Positions 9,508-19,766 are shown, counted from the stretch's first letter. The stretch: 64,000 bases of DNA from Alphaproteobacteria bacterium (GCA_965237415.1 CBDEFM010000001.1:60158-124157), one strand, 5' to 3'. Numbers and translations are program-made. The notes: generated by a model not told the origin, from the sequence alone.

Positions 9508-10778
9508 ATAGGCTGCTCGCTCGGCAGGCCGGTCAACGCCGTCCACTGACGGTCGTTCAACCAAGCCCCGTCGAAGTCGTCCAACCGGTTCTGACGGATG
9601 ATCTGGCGGATGGCTTGGACGTAAGCCGCCCGCCGCTCCGAATACTGGACCAATTCCCCGGCCAGGTCGTAACCGTCGATCGGCCTGCCGGCGCGACGCA
9701 GCTGAGCCCGCCGGTCGCGGAAGTCCTCGTAGGCCCAATGGCTGTTGAGATTGTGGACGTAGGCTCGCACCGCAGCGAGCAGGTTGTCGTGGCTGCGTAC
9801 GCGATGCCGGCGATCGGCGTCGCGCCGCTCCGGCACCATACCCGTGACGGACTTGTACGTGTACTGACCGAAGAGCGCGTTGCCTTCCCGCACGAAGCGG
9901 GACGTACCCCATCCCGTCTCCTCCACCGCCTGCGCCAGAGCCAGCGATGGCGGCACGATATCGATCCGGCTCAGCAGGCCAGGCACGTCGAAAGGCGCGG
10001 CGCCGTAAAGCTCGGCGGTACCGATCAGCCACTCCCGGTCGGCAGCCGTCAACGCGCCGTCCCACAGGAGCCTCTCTCCCAGCCGCTCGACCCGCCAGCG
10101 CGTCGTGGTGATCTCCTCGTTCACCCGAAGGATGATCGGGAGAACCGTCTGGACGAAGAGCCGCTTTTTCGTCTCCACGGACGAGACGTTGGCAAGGTCG
10201 TGCGGCAGCGCCTCCAGATAGAGACGCGGAACCGGCCTCGCCGCCGCCCGCACCTGGTCGAGCTCGTAGTCGAACGAAGCGAAACTCGCGATGACGGCGG
10301 TGACGGATGCCCTTGACGTCTTGGGCTTCGGGACGACCGACGGCACAGCGCTGTCCGGCACGGCACGCGCCATCACCGGCGGCTTCATCACCGGCGCCGG
10401 TGCCGGCGTGGGCTGCAGGTCTGCCGGAGAGAGGCGCATAACGGCGGCAGACGACGCGCTGATTGGCCGAGCGCGCACCACGACCGCCTCTTGCCATGCG
10501 GCCTCTTGCGGTTCGCCGGGCGGTACGTCCGAGAGAGAGAAGACCAACCTGACACGGCCCGGCACGGCCGGCATGAGGGCTGCGGGCGCCAACTCTGCCG
10601 TCGCAGTGTCGGCCGCCTGCATCCACTGTGCGGCAAACAGAGTCAAATGCATCGGCGTGTGGGCCGCAGCCGGTTGAACGAGGTCGGTGCCGGCCGCGGA
10701 AACACCGAGAAGCGCCAGCGTCGCCACTCCCAGCGCACCCAGCGCTGACAGGGGAGCGGTTCTCCGGCTGCTCGCCAT
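9504..10778 (-). CDS. Bax-like glucosaminidase-domain protein (peptidoglycan hydrolase family)
   Basis: ORF 9504..10874 trimmed to ATG 10778 (MASSRRTAPLSALGALGVATLALLG, signal/anchor). C-terminal half SLALAQAVEETGWGTSRFVREGNALFG resembles the glucosaminidase/Bax (COG2992) domain. Pro/Ala-rich middle. Confidence 0.7.
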   Translation of the reverse strand: MASSRRTAPLSALGALGVATLALLGVSAAGTDLVQPAAAHTPMHLTLFAAQWMQAADTATAELAPAALMPAVPGRVRLVFSLSDVPPGEPQEAAWQEAVVVRARPISASSAAVMRLSPADLQPTPAPAPVMKPPVMARAVPDSAVPSVVPKPKTSRASVTAVIASFASFDYELDQVRAAARPVPRLYLEALPHDLANVSSVETKKRLFVQTVLPIILRVNEEITTTRWRVERLGERLLWDGALTAADREWLIGTAELYGAAPFDVPGLLSRIDIVPPSLALAQAVEETGWGTSRFVREGNALFGQYTYKSVTGMVPERRDADRRHRVRSHDNLLAAVRAYVHNLNSHWAYEDFRDRRAQLRRAGRPIDGYDLAGELVQYSERRAAYVQAIRQIIRQNRLDDFDGAWLNDRQWTALTGLPSEQPI

Positions 10779-10921
10779 CTCCTTCGCCGGTGGAAGCGAA
10801 GACCGACTCCACCCGCAGTCGAGGGCACTCCCTCTGCGCGCGCGCGCAGGGGCCCGCCCTTCGGCATTCATCAAAACGCCCTATCTCCCTCCCCGGCTTC
10901 GCCGGGAGCGCACGAGCCGTG

Positions 10922-11479
10922 CTAGACGGCGCGTACCTCCACGACTTCCGGGATGTAGTGTTTCAGCATGTTCTCGATGCCCATTTTCAGGGTCATGGTC
11001 GAGCTGGGGCAGCCCTGACACGACCCCTGCAGCTGAAGCATCACGATGCCGTTTTGAAAACCCTGGTAAGTGATGTCACCGCCGTCCTGCGCCACGGCCG
11101 GCCGTACTCGGGTATCGAGGAGCTCCTTGATCTGAGCGATGATCTCCGCATCGGCGCCGTCGTCCGCCTCCCCCTCTGCCGTCTCTGCGGCATCGTCGAG
11201 GAGAAGCGGATGACCCGCAACGAAGTGCTCCATGATTACGCCGAGGATCACGGGTTTCAGCATTTGCCAATCGGCGTCGTCGGACTTGGAGACCGAGACG
11301 AAGTCGCCGCCGAAGAAGACCCCGGTGACGCCCTCGATCTGAAACAGTCGCCGCGCCAACGGAGAACGTTCCGCCGATTCGACATCGCGGAAGTCCGCAG
11401 TCCCAGACGACATCACCGCCTCTCCGGGCAGAAATTTCAATGTCGCCGGGTTCGGGGTCCGCTCGGTCTGGATGAACAT
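10922..11479 (-). CDS. NFU1/NifU-like Fe-S cluster carrier (Nfu_N + NifU C-terminal domain)
   Basis: Trimmed to ATG 11479: MFIQTERTPNPATLKFLPG (Nfu_N). C-terminal LQGSCQGCPSS CxxC cluster-binding motif. Confidence 0.88.
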   Translation of the reverse strand: MFIQTERTPNPATLKFLPGEAVMSSGTADFRDVESAERSPLARRLFQIEGVTGVFFGGDFVSVSKSDDADWQMLKPVILGVIMEHFVAGHPLLLDDAAETAEGEADDGADAEIIAQIKELLDTRVRPAVAQDGGDITYQGFQNGIVMLQLQGSCQGCPSSTMTLKMGIENMLKHYIPEVVEVRAV

Positions 11480-11648
11480 GCTTTTCCCAACCCTGCCCAC
11501 TATGGGCGCCTAACCGTTATCCAGAGTGCCTTCCACGTCAAGCCCAACGGCTATGCAGCTGTTTTATAGCGGGTTTTTGAGTACTGCACAGCTTATCCAC
11601 AGCGCCGGAACGTGTCGCGGACCCCTTGCGGCCCAGATGCGGAGCCGG

Positions 11649-12155
11649 CTACGTCAGGTCCTGGAGCTGTCGATCGTTCAGGTTGCCGGGGACAACCACG
11701 AGAGGGATGTTGAGCTGACCGGCGAGCTGACCGGCCAACCATGAAATCAACGACCCGTGTCCCTGATCGGGCGGGGCGGCGCCGACGACCAGAAGATTGA
11801 TCGCCTCGTTCTCGCCGATATGGCCCAGGATCTCGTCGCCGATACGGCCCTCGCGCACCGCCATGCTCGGTGCCTCTCCCGTAACCTCCGTCACCTTCGC
11901 GGCCATGGATTGCAGAAGAAGCTCGGCTTCCTCCCGCGTCTCCTGCCGCATCAGCTCGCCGACCGCCGCCCAATGCTGGAACTCCGGCGGCTGCACGACG
12001 TGCAGGAGCGCGACATGCCCGCCGGAATTCCGGGCGCGTAGTGCGGCGAACCGCGCCGCGACCTCGGAGTGGCCGTCGTCCGCGACGCAGACCAGAAATG
12101 TGACCTGCCCGGCGACATGGGTCGCCCCCGGTTCGGGCGGCGCCTGCTCAGTCAT
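11649..12155 (-). CDS. universal stress protein (UspA family)
   Basis: 168 aa; typical layout FLVCVADD...ALLHVV...LLVVGA...GSLISWLAGQ...PLVVVP. Starts 21 nt downstream of the preceding gene. Confidence 0.8.
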   Translation of the reverse strand: MTEQAPPEPGATHVAGQVTFLVCVADDGHSEVAARFAALRARNSGGHVALLHVVQPPEFQHWAAVGELMRQETREEAELLLQSMAAKVTEVTGEAPSMAVREGRIGDEILGHIGENEAINLLVVGAAPPDQGHGSLISWLAGQLAGQLNIPLVVVPGNLNDRQLQDLT

Positions 12156-12176
12156 GGCATCGATCCCGCCGCGTCC

Positions 12177-12947
12177 TCAGCCCTTGCGGAAGGCGAAGCT
12201 GCCCACCCATCCTGCCACCAGCGCCAACGCGATAGCAATGACGCCGTAGAGGGCTTCGTCCGTCCGCGCAAAGGTGGAAATGTCCGCCGAGAAGCCGGCC
12301 TTCTCGATATTCAGCGCCGCCGATCGCGTGCTGAGCACCTCGCCGTCGACCATGAGCAGCGCCTCCACCACGTAATCGCCGGTCGGCACGTGGGCGGGAA
12401 GGTCGATCGTCGTGCGGAACAAGCGCTCGTCGATGAACTCGACCACGCCCAGCTCCGACCTGTACAGGGATTCGCGCTCCCTGTAGCGGTGGAGGGCGGC
12501 GCGGAACTCGTCGGCATCGCCCGACGTGTCGAACCAGATCGCCTCCAGCAACAGTCGCCCAGAGCCGAGCTGCTTGCGGTCGAGAAATTCGGCGTGCGCA
12601 ATCTCTTCGAGTGGCCGCGACGCGGCGACGAAGTAGTAGCCGGGCACGTTGCGGAAGGCGATCGACTCCTGGTTGATCCAGACGCCGACGGTCTGACGCT
12701 TGCGGCGTACCACCACGGGCTCCTCGGGGCCGCGCACGGAGACCACGACATCGCCCACCTCGTCGGTCGCGCCGAAGAGCAGGATCGACGTGCCGGCGAA
12801 GTTCGAATCGATCTCGATGCGCTGCGTCGAGAGCGCAATCAACAGGGGCTCGTCAGGCCCCCCTTCCTCCGCCGCCGCGTACGTCACCGCCTGCGCTGCG
12901 ACCGCCGCGGCGATCGCTGCCATCCCGATCTGGCGAAGAACACGCAT
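12177..12947 (-). CDS. conserved alphaproteobacterial membrane-anchored protein (TIGR02186-like), function unknown
   Basis: In-frame ATG 12947 within ORF 12177..14213; 1-nt TGATG overlap with the tauE-like stop. N-terminal signal (MRVLRQIGMAAIAAAVAAQAVTYAAA) and a single C-terminal TM helix (ALYGVIAIALALVAGWVGSFAF). Family assignment is from memory. Confidence 0.6.
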   Translation of the reverse strand: MRVLRQIGMAAIAAAVAAQAVTYAAAEEGGPDEPLLIALSTQRIEIDSNFAGTSILLFGATDEVGDVVVSVRGPEEPVVVRRKRQTVGVWINQESIAFRNVPGYYFVAASRPLEEIAHAEFLDRKQLGSGRLLLEAIWFDTSGDADEFRAALHRYRERESLYRSELGVVEFIDERLFRTTIDLPAHVPTGDYVVEALLMVDGEVLSTRSAALNIEKAGFSADISTFARTDEALYGVIAIALALVAGWVGSFAFRKG

Positions 12948-13864
12948 CACGGACTGGCCCACAGCGGCGCGACGGCGAAGGGATCGTCCGGCATCACGAC
13001 CAGCGAGTATGCGAGCCGCCCGCCGACAGCGAGCACCATGAGCGCCAGCAGACCTCTGAGATGTTCTGCCCGGATGCGCCCGCCGATGCGCGTACCGTAT
13101 TGGGCGCCGATGACGGCACCGACCGCCAGCAGGAGGCCGAGGATGATATCGACGTTGTTGTTGTTGACGGCGTGAGCGAAGCAGGAAACCGAGCTGATCA
13201 CGATGATGCCGAACAGCGACGTGCCGACCACCACTGAAGTCGGCATGCCGATGAGGTAGATCATCGCAGGCACCATGAAGAACCCGCCGCCGACGCCCAT
13301 GATGGAGGCGACGATGCCCATGAGGAAGCCGAGCACGAAGGGCGGGATCGCACTGACGTAGAGGCAGGAGCGCCGAAAGCGGAGCCTGAGCGGCAGGCCG
13401 TGTATCCAGGTGTGGACGTGGGCCTTGCGGCGGGACGCGCGTTGCCGGCGCGCCATCGCGCCCACGCTCTCGACCACCATCAGGCAGCCGACCACCCCGA
13501 GAAACAGCACGTAGGCGAGCGACACCACCAAGTCGATCTGGCCGGCATCGCTGAGCAGCTTGAAAATGAAGGCGCCGAGCCACGCACCGCCGATGCCGCC
13601 GCCGGAGACCAGAGCACCGATCAGAAAATCGACGTTGCCGCGGCGCCAATGCGCCATGGTGCCGGAGACCGACGAGGCGATGATCAGGTTGGTTCCGGTA
13701 CCGACGGCGACCGACGGCGTGACGCCCAAGAAAATCAGCAACGGCGTCATCAGGAACCCGCCGCCGACGCCGAACATACCCGACAGCAGACCCACGCCGC
13801 CGCCGAGCACGAGCAGAATCAGCGCGTTGGCTGAAAGCTCGGCGATCGGGAGATAGATCTCCAT
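12947..13864 (-). CDS. TauE/SafE-family (DUF81) anion exporter
   Basis: 305 aa polytopic membrane protein with repeated GxGGG motifs (LLSGMFGVGGGFLMTPLL, IMGVGGGFFMVPAMI) typical of TauE/SafE. Confidence 0.85.
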   Translation of the reverse strand: MEIYLPIAELSANALILLVLGGGVGLLSGMFGVGGGFLMTPLLIFLGVTPSVAVGTGTNLIIASSVSGTMAHWRRGNVDFLIGALVSGGGIGGAWLGAFIFKLLSDAGQIDLVVSLAYVLFLGVVGCLMVVESVGAMARRQRASRRKAHVHTWIHGLPLRLRFRRSCLYVSAIPPFVLGFLMGIVASIMGVGGGFFMVPAMIYLIGMPTSVVVGTSLFGIIVISSVSCFAHAVNNNNVDIILGLLLAVGAVIGAQYGTRIGGRIRAEHLRGLLALMVLAVGGRLAYSLVVMPDDPFAVAPLWASP

Positions 13865-13995
13865 CGGCTGGTTCGGGTGGTGCGAGCAAGAATGCGCCCG
13901 CTACATGCGCCTCCCGCTCAAGGTGCGCAAGCGAAAAGTCTGGAATCGCACTGTTATTGCGGGAAACTGGCCTGCAATTTGCGGGCCGGCACCGC

Positions 13996-14988
13996 TCAGG
14001 CGTCGAGCAGCCCCATGATGCGCCGCACCTCGGCAAGGTTGGTGTCGGCGATGTTCCGTGCACGCTCTGCGCCGTCGGCCAGCACCCCGTCGATATAGGC
14101 GGGGTCCGCCTGCAGCTCGCGCATACGCTGGGCGATTGGGCCGAGCGTCTCGATCGCGAGATCCGCAAGCTTGCCCTTGAAGGCCGCGAAGCCCGTCCCG
14201 GTGTGCTCGGCAATAACCCGCTCCACGGGCTCGCCGGCGAGCGCAGCGTAGATGCTCAGCAGGTTCGCCGCCTCGGGCCGCCGTTCGGGGTCGAAGGCGA
14301 GGCCCGGCTCGGAATCGGTTTTGGCGCGCTTGATCTTGAGCGCGAGCGTGTCGGCGTCGTCGGTCAGATTGATGCGTGCGTAATCGGAGCCATCCGACTT
14401 GCTCATCTTGCTGCGCCCGTCCCGCAGGCTCATCACCCGCGTCGCGGCGCCGAAGATCATCGGCTCCGGCAGCGGGAAGAATTCCACATCGTAGGCGCGG
14501 TTGAAGGCGCCGGCGATATCGCGAGAGAGCTCGAGGTGCTGCTTCTGGTCCTCGCCCACCGGCACCGCGGTCGCGTGGTAGAGCAGGATGTCGGCGGCCA
14601 TCAGCACCGGGTAGGCGTAGAGGCCGAGGAGTGCGCTGTCCCGCTTCTTCCCCGCCTTCTCCTTGAACTGGGTCATGCGGTTGAGCCAACCGAGCGGGGT
14701 GAAGCAGTTGAGGATCCAGGCGAGCTCCGCGTGTGCCGCCACGCTGCTCTGGTTGAAGATGATGCATTTTTTAGGGTCGAGCCCGGCGGCGAGCAGCCCG
14801 GCCGTGACCTCGCGCGTGTTGCCGGTGAGCTCCGTAGGGTCCTGCGGCACCGTGATCGCGTGCAGATCGACGATGCAGTAGAGGCAGTCGTACTCCCGCT
14901 GCATCGCGACCCAGTTCTTGATCGCGCCGAGGTAGTTGCCGAGGTGCAGGTTGCCGGTCGGCTGTACGCCGGAAAAGACCCGCTTCAT
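13996..14988 (-). CDS. trpS: tryptophan--tRNA ligase
   Basis: 330 aa; [14 protein letters not shown] (HIGH-type) and KMSKSD (KMSKS) motifs. Confidence 0.95.
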   Translation of the reverse strand: MKRVFSGVQPTGNLHLGNYLGAIKNWVAMQREYDCLYCIVDLHAITVPQDPTELTGNTREVTAGLLAAGLDPKKCIIFNQSSVAAHAELAWILNCFTPLGWLNRMTQFKEKAGKKRDSALLGLYAYPVLMAADILLYHATAVPVGEDQKQHLELSRDIAGAFNRAYDVEFFPLPEPMIFGAATRVMSLRDGRSKMSKSDGSDYARINLTDDADTLALKIKRAKTDSEPGLAFDPERRPEAANLLSIYAALAGEPVERVIAEHTGTGFAAFKGKLADLAIETLGPIAQRMRELQADPAYIDGVLADGAERARNIADTNLAEVRRIMGLLDA

Positions 14989-15039
14989 GTCATGAACGCT
15001 CCGCCGGGGCGCGCCTTATCGCGTCCCGGCGCGGTGCCG

Positions 15040-16605
15040 TCAACCTTGGCCTTCCCCCTGGCCTTGCCGGCGGCTGAGAAGCGCGCGCATCTCGGTCACC
15101 GATACGGCCCCCAGGGCGGCGGCGAGAGCGCCGTAGCCCACGAGGCCGGCGGCGACGAGAGCGGCAAGCCCCGCAATGCGCACGCCTGTGGTTTCGAGCG
15201 GGGTCTCCAGGCCGAGTGCGATCCCCCACAAGAGCAGCGCCATGCCGGCCGCCGCCGCGATCATGCGCGGGAGCCGGCGTTTCAGCCGACCGTCCGGCTT
15301 GAGGAAGCCTCGCCGCGCGAGACCCGCGGCCAGAAGGCCCACGTTGAGCCAGCCGGCGAGCGTGGTTGCCAGCGCGATCCCGACATGGGCGAGCGGCCCC
15401 ATGAGCGCGAGGTTGAGCACGACATTCACCGTCAGGCAGAGGATCGCGATCCGCACCGGTGTCCGCGTGTCCTGCCGCGCGAAGTAGCCGGGCGCCAGCA
15501 CCTTGATCAGCACGAAGGCAGGGAGCCCGGCGGCATAGGCGATGAGGGCGCCGGCCGTGGCGCTGCTCTCGTCGACCCCGAAGGCGCCGCGCTCGAACAG
15601 GACCGCGATCACGGGGCCCGCAATGACGATGAGCGCGACTGCCGCCGGCACCGCCAGCAGGAGCGCCATCTCGATTGCCCGGTTCAGGCTCCCGACCGCC
15701 TCCTCGACCTCGCCCGCCCGCAGCTGGCGGCTGAGCAGGGGCAAGAGCGCGGTCCCGACCGCGACGCCGACGACGCCGAGCGGAAGCTGGTTCACGCGGT
15801 CGGCGTAGTAGAGAAACGATACCGAGCCCGGCGGCAGCAGCGATGCGATGATGATATCGACGACCAGGTTGATCTGGGCGACTCCGGCGCCGAGCGCCGC
15901 CGGCGCAGCGAGGATGAGCAGGCGCTTGACCCCCGGCGTGAGCCGCGGCCAGCGCAGGCGGAGCGACATTCCCGCCCGGGAGGCGGCAACGATCAACCAG
16001 ACGAATTGAACGATCCCGCCGACCGTGACCCCGATCGCGAGCGCATGCCCCGGCGTCTCGGTCCAGCGCGCAAGGCCGAGCAAGGCCCCGATCAGGCAGA
16101 GGTTGAGCAGGATCGGCGTGGCCGCGACCGCAGCGAAGCGATAGAGCGAGTTCAGCACGCCGCCAAGCAGCGACACGAGCGAGATCAGGAGGATGTAGGG
16201 GAAGGTGAGGCGCGTGAGCTGCACGGTCAGATCGAGCTTCCCCGGCTCGTCGGCGAAGCCCGGTGCCAGGACGTGCATGAGCCACGGCATCACGATCTGA
16301 GCTGCGATGACGAGCACCAGCAGCGTCCACAGCAGGACAGTCAGAACGTCCTCCGCGAACGACTTGGCCGCCGCGCGCCCGTCGCGCTCCAGCACGCCCG
16401 CGAAGAGCGGCACGAAGGCTGCGTTGAACGCGCCCTCCGCGAACAGCCGCCGCAGGAAGTTCGGCAGCTTGAAGGCGACGAAGAAGGCGTCCGCCACCGG
16501 CCCTGCCCCCAGGACCGAGGCGATCAGGATGTCGCGCAGGAAACCGAGCACGCGCGAGCCCATGGTGTAGCCGCCGACGGTTGCGGCCCAGCGGGCGAGT
16601 GCCAT
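15040..16605 (-). CDS. murJ: lipid II flippase MurJ (MviN)
   Basis: 521 aa; N-terminus SRVLGFLRDILIASVLGAGPVADAFFVAFKLPNFLRRLFAEGAFNAAFVP is the conserved MurJ signature. Polytopic membrane protein. Confidence 0.93.
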   Translation of the reverse strand: MALARWAATVGGYTMGSRVLGFLRDILIASVLGAGPVADAFFVAFKLPNFLRRLFAEGAFNAAFVPLFAGVLERDGRAAAKSFAEDVLTVLLWTLLVLVIAAQIVMPWLMHVLAPGFADEPGKLDLTVQLTRLTFPYILLISLVSLLGGVLNSLYRFAAVAATPILLNLCLIGALLGLARWTETPGHALAIGVTVGGIVQFVWLIVAASRAGMSLRLRWPRLTPGVKRLLILAAPAALGAGVAQINLVVDIIIASLLPPGSVSFLYYADRVNQLPLGVVGVAVGTALLPLLSRQLRAGEVEEAVGSLNRAIEMALLLAVPAAVALIVIAGPVIAVLFERGAFGVDESSATAGALIAYAAGLPAFVLIKVLAPGYFARQDTRTPVRIAILCLTVNVVLNLALMGPLAHVGIALATTLAGWLNVGLLAAGLARRGFLKPDGRLKRRLPRMIAAAAGMALLLWGIALGLETPLETTGVRIAGLAALVAAGLVGYGALAAALGAVSVTEMRALLSRRQGQGEGQG

Positions 16606-16627
16606 GGCTTGCGCGGGGGCCGGCGGC

Positions 16628-19402
16628 TCAGCCGGCCGCGCGGCGGCGCGGCACGGGATCGTCCGCGCGCCTGCCGGGCGCGACGCCGGCCTCGCGCCCG
16701 AGCATCTCGGTCAGGCGGCCCTGCACCTGCGCAACCTGGGCATCGCGGGAGAGCTTCAGGCCGAAGCGGTCCCTGACGTAGAAGACATCGACGGCGCGGG
16801 AGCCGACCGTCGAGATGTGCGCCGAGCCGATCGAGACGCCGCAGGCGCTGAGCGTCCGCGTGATGTCGTAGAGGAGCCCCGGCCTGTCGCGCGCGCTCAC
16901 CTCGATCACCGTGTAGCCGCGGCTCGCGCCGTTATCGACGAGGACATGGGGCTCGAGGGCGATCGGGGCGGAGCGCGCCGGCCGCGGCGCGGCCACGAAG
17001 GCCGCGTCATCCGCACGTCCGGCGCCTGCGTCATCCTCGGAGAGCGCGCGGACCACGCTTTGCTCGAGCCGCTCCAGGCGCCCTTCGTCGCGGAACGCGC
17101 CGCCACCTGCGGCCTGGATCCAGATCGTGTCGATGGCCATCCCGTCGCCGGTGGTGAAGACGCGGGCATCGACGATGTTCGCCCCCGTAGTCGCCACCGC
17201 GCCGGCAATGGCGGCGAACAGGCCGATGTAATCGGGCGTGTAGAGCGTCATCTCCGTCGCGTCCCTGGCCCGGTCGATGCGGGTCTCGATCAGGGGCCCC
17301 CTGCCCCCGCCCCGCACGAAGCGGGCGTGGCGCTCCTGCATCGCGCTGTCGGTAGACAGCCAATAGGTAGCGGGGAGCCTGGTCTCGAAGTGCGCGATGT
17401 CGGCCTCGGTCCAGTCCGCGAGGCGGGCACGCAGTGCCTGCCGGGCCTTCGCCACGCGCGCGTCGCGGTCCTCGGCCTCGCGGCCGCCCGCGAGAACCGC
17501 CTCGGCGCGGTGGTAGAGCATGCGCAGGAGCGATCCTTTCCACGCGGTCATGCGCCCCGGCCCAACGGCGGTGATGTCGGCCGCGGTTAGCACCAGCAGG
17601 AGCCTGAGACGCTCAAGCGAACGGACCCGGCCGACGAAATCGTCGACGGTGCGCGGATCGTTCGGGTCGCGCTTGAACGCGGTCATGCTGAACAGGAGAT
17701 GCCAGCGGACCAGCCAGGCGGCGGTCTCGACCTCGTCGCGCGTGAATTCCAGCCGGGTGGCGACCTCGCGCGCGATCTCGGCGCCGATCTCCGAGTGGTC
17801 GCCACCCCGCCCCTTCGCAACATCATGCAGAAGCAGCGCGAGATAGAGCACATCGCGCATCCGCAGTTGGGGAATGAGGGTGCTGGCGAGCGCCAGCTCG
17901 TCGGCTAGGGCGCCTCTCTCGATCGCGGCGAGCACGCCGATGGCACGGATGCTGTGCTCGTCGACCGTGTAGACGTGATAGAGATCGAGCTGGGTCTGCG
18001 CCACGACGCGGCCGAAATCCGGAAGAAAGCGACCCATCACGCCGGCCTCGTTCATCATCCGCAGGATCTTTTCGGGATTGTGCCTGTCGGTGAGGATCGC
18101 GCGGAAGGCGCGGTTGGCCTCCGGGTCGTCGCGCACCGATGCGGTGATCAGCCCGTGGCCCTGGTGGATCAGGCGGAGCGTTGCCGGATGAATGTCGCGG
18201 CCTTCGGTTTGCGCCCGGCGAAAGATCGTCACGAGGCGCACCGGGCGCTCGCTGAAGGTGCTTTCGCTGACCGCCGCGATGCGCCCGCCCGAGACGAAGA
18301 GCCCGTCGCGGGCGGGCCCGATCTCCGTCCCCGATCGGTGGACCGGCGCGGTGTGGAGACGCTCCGCCTCCAGCACCGCGCAGAATACCCGCGTGAGCTC
18401 GCCGACAGACTTCGCGACGAGGAAATAGTGCTTCATGAACCGCTCGACAGCCAGATTGCCGCGGCGCGGCCCATAGCCCATGCGCGCCGCGATCTCGGGC
18501 TGGCGGTCGAAGGTGAGGCGATCCTCCGCGCGGTCGCAGACGACGTGGAGGTGCGCCCGCACCCGCCAGAGGAAGTCCTCCGCCCGCGCGAAGCGATCAT
18601 ACTCGTGCCGGCTGAGCACACCGCGCTCGACGAGCTCGCCGAAACGCTCGACGCGGAAGAGGTACTTGGCGATCCAGAACAGCACGTGGAGATCGCGCAA
18701 TCCGCCCTTGCCGTCCTTTACGTTGGGCTCGAGGAGATAGCGCGAATCGCCCGCGCGTAGGTGGCGGGCGTCGCGTTCGTGAAGCTTGGCGGCGACGAAC
18801 TCGGCCTCGGTGCCGGGCACCAACTCTGTGAGAAAACGCCGGCGGAACGCATCGTAGAGCGCCTGATCGCCCCACACATGGCGCGATTCGAGCACGGAGG
18901 TCCGGATCGTCATGTCCTCCTGCGCCCTTCGCAGACAATCGGAGACCGAGCGGGTCGCGTGGCCCACGGCGAGGCCGAGGTCCCACATCATGTAGAGCAG
19001 ATGCTCGATGATCTGCTCGCTTCGGCCGGTCAGCTTGTAGGGGTGCAGGAAGAGAATATCGACATCGGAGTGAGGCGCCAGATCGCCCCGGCCATAGCCG
19101 CCGACCGCCACCAGGGAGAGGCGGCTCGCCGTGGTCGGATTGGGCTCGGGATAGACGACGTGCGACGCCCACTCCAGCAGCACGCGCAGCAGCTGGTCGA
19201 TCAGGGAGGTCTGGGCCGCAACGATCTCGGCACCGGATGCCCCGGCTTCGAGGTGCCGGCAGAGCTCCCGACGGCCCTCGTCGCGGGTGCCTCTCGCAAG
19301 CTCCAGGACGGTCTTCCGGTCATCTCGACCGAGCCGGGCGACCGCTTGCGCGAAAGCCCGCCGGTCGAAAAGCGCCGCCGGCCGCGCGTCGGGCGCACTC
19401 AT
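16628..19402 (-). CDS. glnD: bifunctional [protein-PII] uridylyltransferase/uridylyl-removing enzyme
   Basis: ORF trimmed to ATG 19402 (MSAPDARP...). Nucleotidyltransferase GGYGRGDLAPHSDVDILFL, HD domain LLHDVAKGRGGDHSE, two C-terminal ACT-like repeats. 924 aa. Confidence 0.93.
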   Translation of the reverse strand: MSAPDARPAALFDRRAFAQAVARLGRDDRKTVLELARGTRDEGRRELCRHLEAGASGAEIVAAQTSLIDQLLRVLLEWASHVVYPEPNPTTASRLSLVAVGGYGRGDLAPHSDVDILFLHPYKLTGRSEQIIEHLLYMMWDLGLAVGHATRSVSDCLRRAQEDMTIRTSVLESRHVWGDQALYDAFRRRFLTELVPGTEAEFVAAKLHERDARHLRAGDSRYLLEPNVKDGKGGLRDLHVLFWIAKYLFRVERFGELVERGVLSRHEYDRFARAEDFLWRVRAHLHVVCDRAEDRLTFDRQPEIAARMGYGPRRGNLAVERFMKHYFLVAKSVGELTRVFCAVLEAERLHTAPVHRSGTEIGPARDGLFVSGGRIAAVSESTFSERPVRLVTIFRRAQTEGRDIHPATLRLIHQGHGLITASVRDDPEANRAFRAILTDRHNPEKILRMMNEAGVMGRFLPDFGRVVAQTQLDLYHVYTVDEHSIRAIGVLAAIERGALADELALASTLIPQLRMRDVLYLALLLHDVAKGRGGDHSEIGAEIAREVATRLEFTRDEVETAAWLVRWHLLFSMTAFKRDPNDPRTVDDFVGRVRSLERLRLLLVLTAADITAVGPGRMTAWKGSLLRMLYHRAEAVLAGGREAEDRDARVAKARQALRARLADWTEADIAHFETRLPATYWLSTDSAMQERHARFVRGGGRGPLIETRIDRARDATEMTLYTPDYIGLFAAIAGAVATTGANIVDARVFTTGDGMAIDTIWIQAAGGGAFRDEGRLERLEQSVVRALSEDDAGAGRADDAAFVAAPRPARSAPIALEPHVLVDNGASRGYTVIEVSARDRPGLLYDITRTLSACGVSIGSAHISTVGSRAVDVFYVRDRFGLKLSRDAQVAQVQGRLTEMLGREAGVAPGRRADDPVPRRRAAG

Positions 19403-19614
19403 CGCTGCACACGGGGGCTGCAACCCATCGTGGGCCCTACCCCGCCGGAACGCGAAGCCCACGCCGAGCCGGATCCCATGGCCCCGGACCTTGCCCCGAA
19501 TACCGACCACCCGCAAGCGCACAACGGCCTGAGAGGTGCACGCGCACGTGTCGATCGGGCTCGTGCCCGTTGTGAGCGCATCCGATCAGCACGCATCTCA
19601 AGCTGCTCTTCACA

Positions 19615-19647
19615 TTGAATTGCGGTTGAATTGCGGTTGAATTGCAC
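19615..19647. repeat. three tandem 11-bp units TTGAATTGCGG / TTGAATTGCGG / TTGAATTGCAC in the glnD-rseP divergent intergenic region
   Basis: Read directly: ...cacaTTGAATTGCGGTTGAATTGCGGTTGAATTGCACggc. Period is 11 bp (about one helical turn). An AT-rich stretch, gtgatatatactcg, follows. Confidence 0.8.
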
Positions 19648-19766
19648 GGCGCAGGCGCCACAGTGATATATACTCGACGATGCTACCCTGATCGCCTCAC
19701 CGAACCGATCGCTCGGCCCGGCTCGACCCGGCGCCCGCGCCCCATCATAACCGCACAGTGGCACCC

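Noticed and set aside
11593-11601. Perfect DnaA-box 9-mer TTATCCACA in the Nfu/usp intergenic region; possible replication origin?
   Set aside because: It is a single box only. There is no cluster, no adjacent AT-rich unwinding element and no dnaA/hemE-type neighbours. One chance occurrence in 64 kb is not implausible.
13957-16776. Very long ORFs with Arg/Ala/Gly/Pro-rich translations. Examples: 13957..16776 +, 827..2302 +, 1164..2633 -, 47870..49651 -, 50128..52611 -, 56438..58321 -, 61141..62775 -, 63108..63992 -.
   Set aside because: Each lies antisense or out of frame to a gene with clear family motifs. Stop-poor alternative frames are expected at this G+C. The compositions are low-complexity and lack any recognisable motif.
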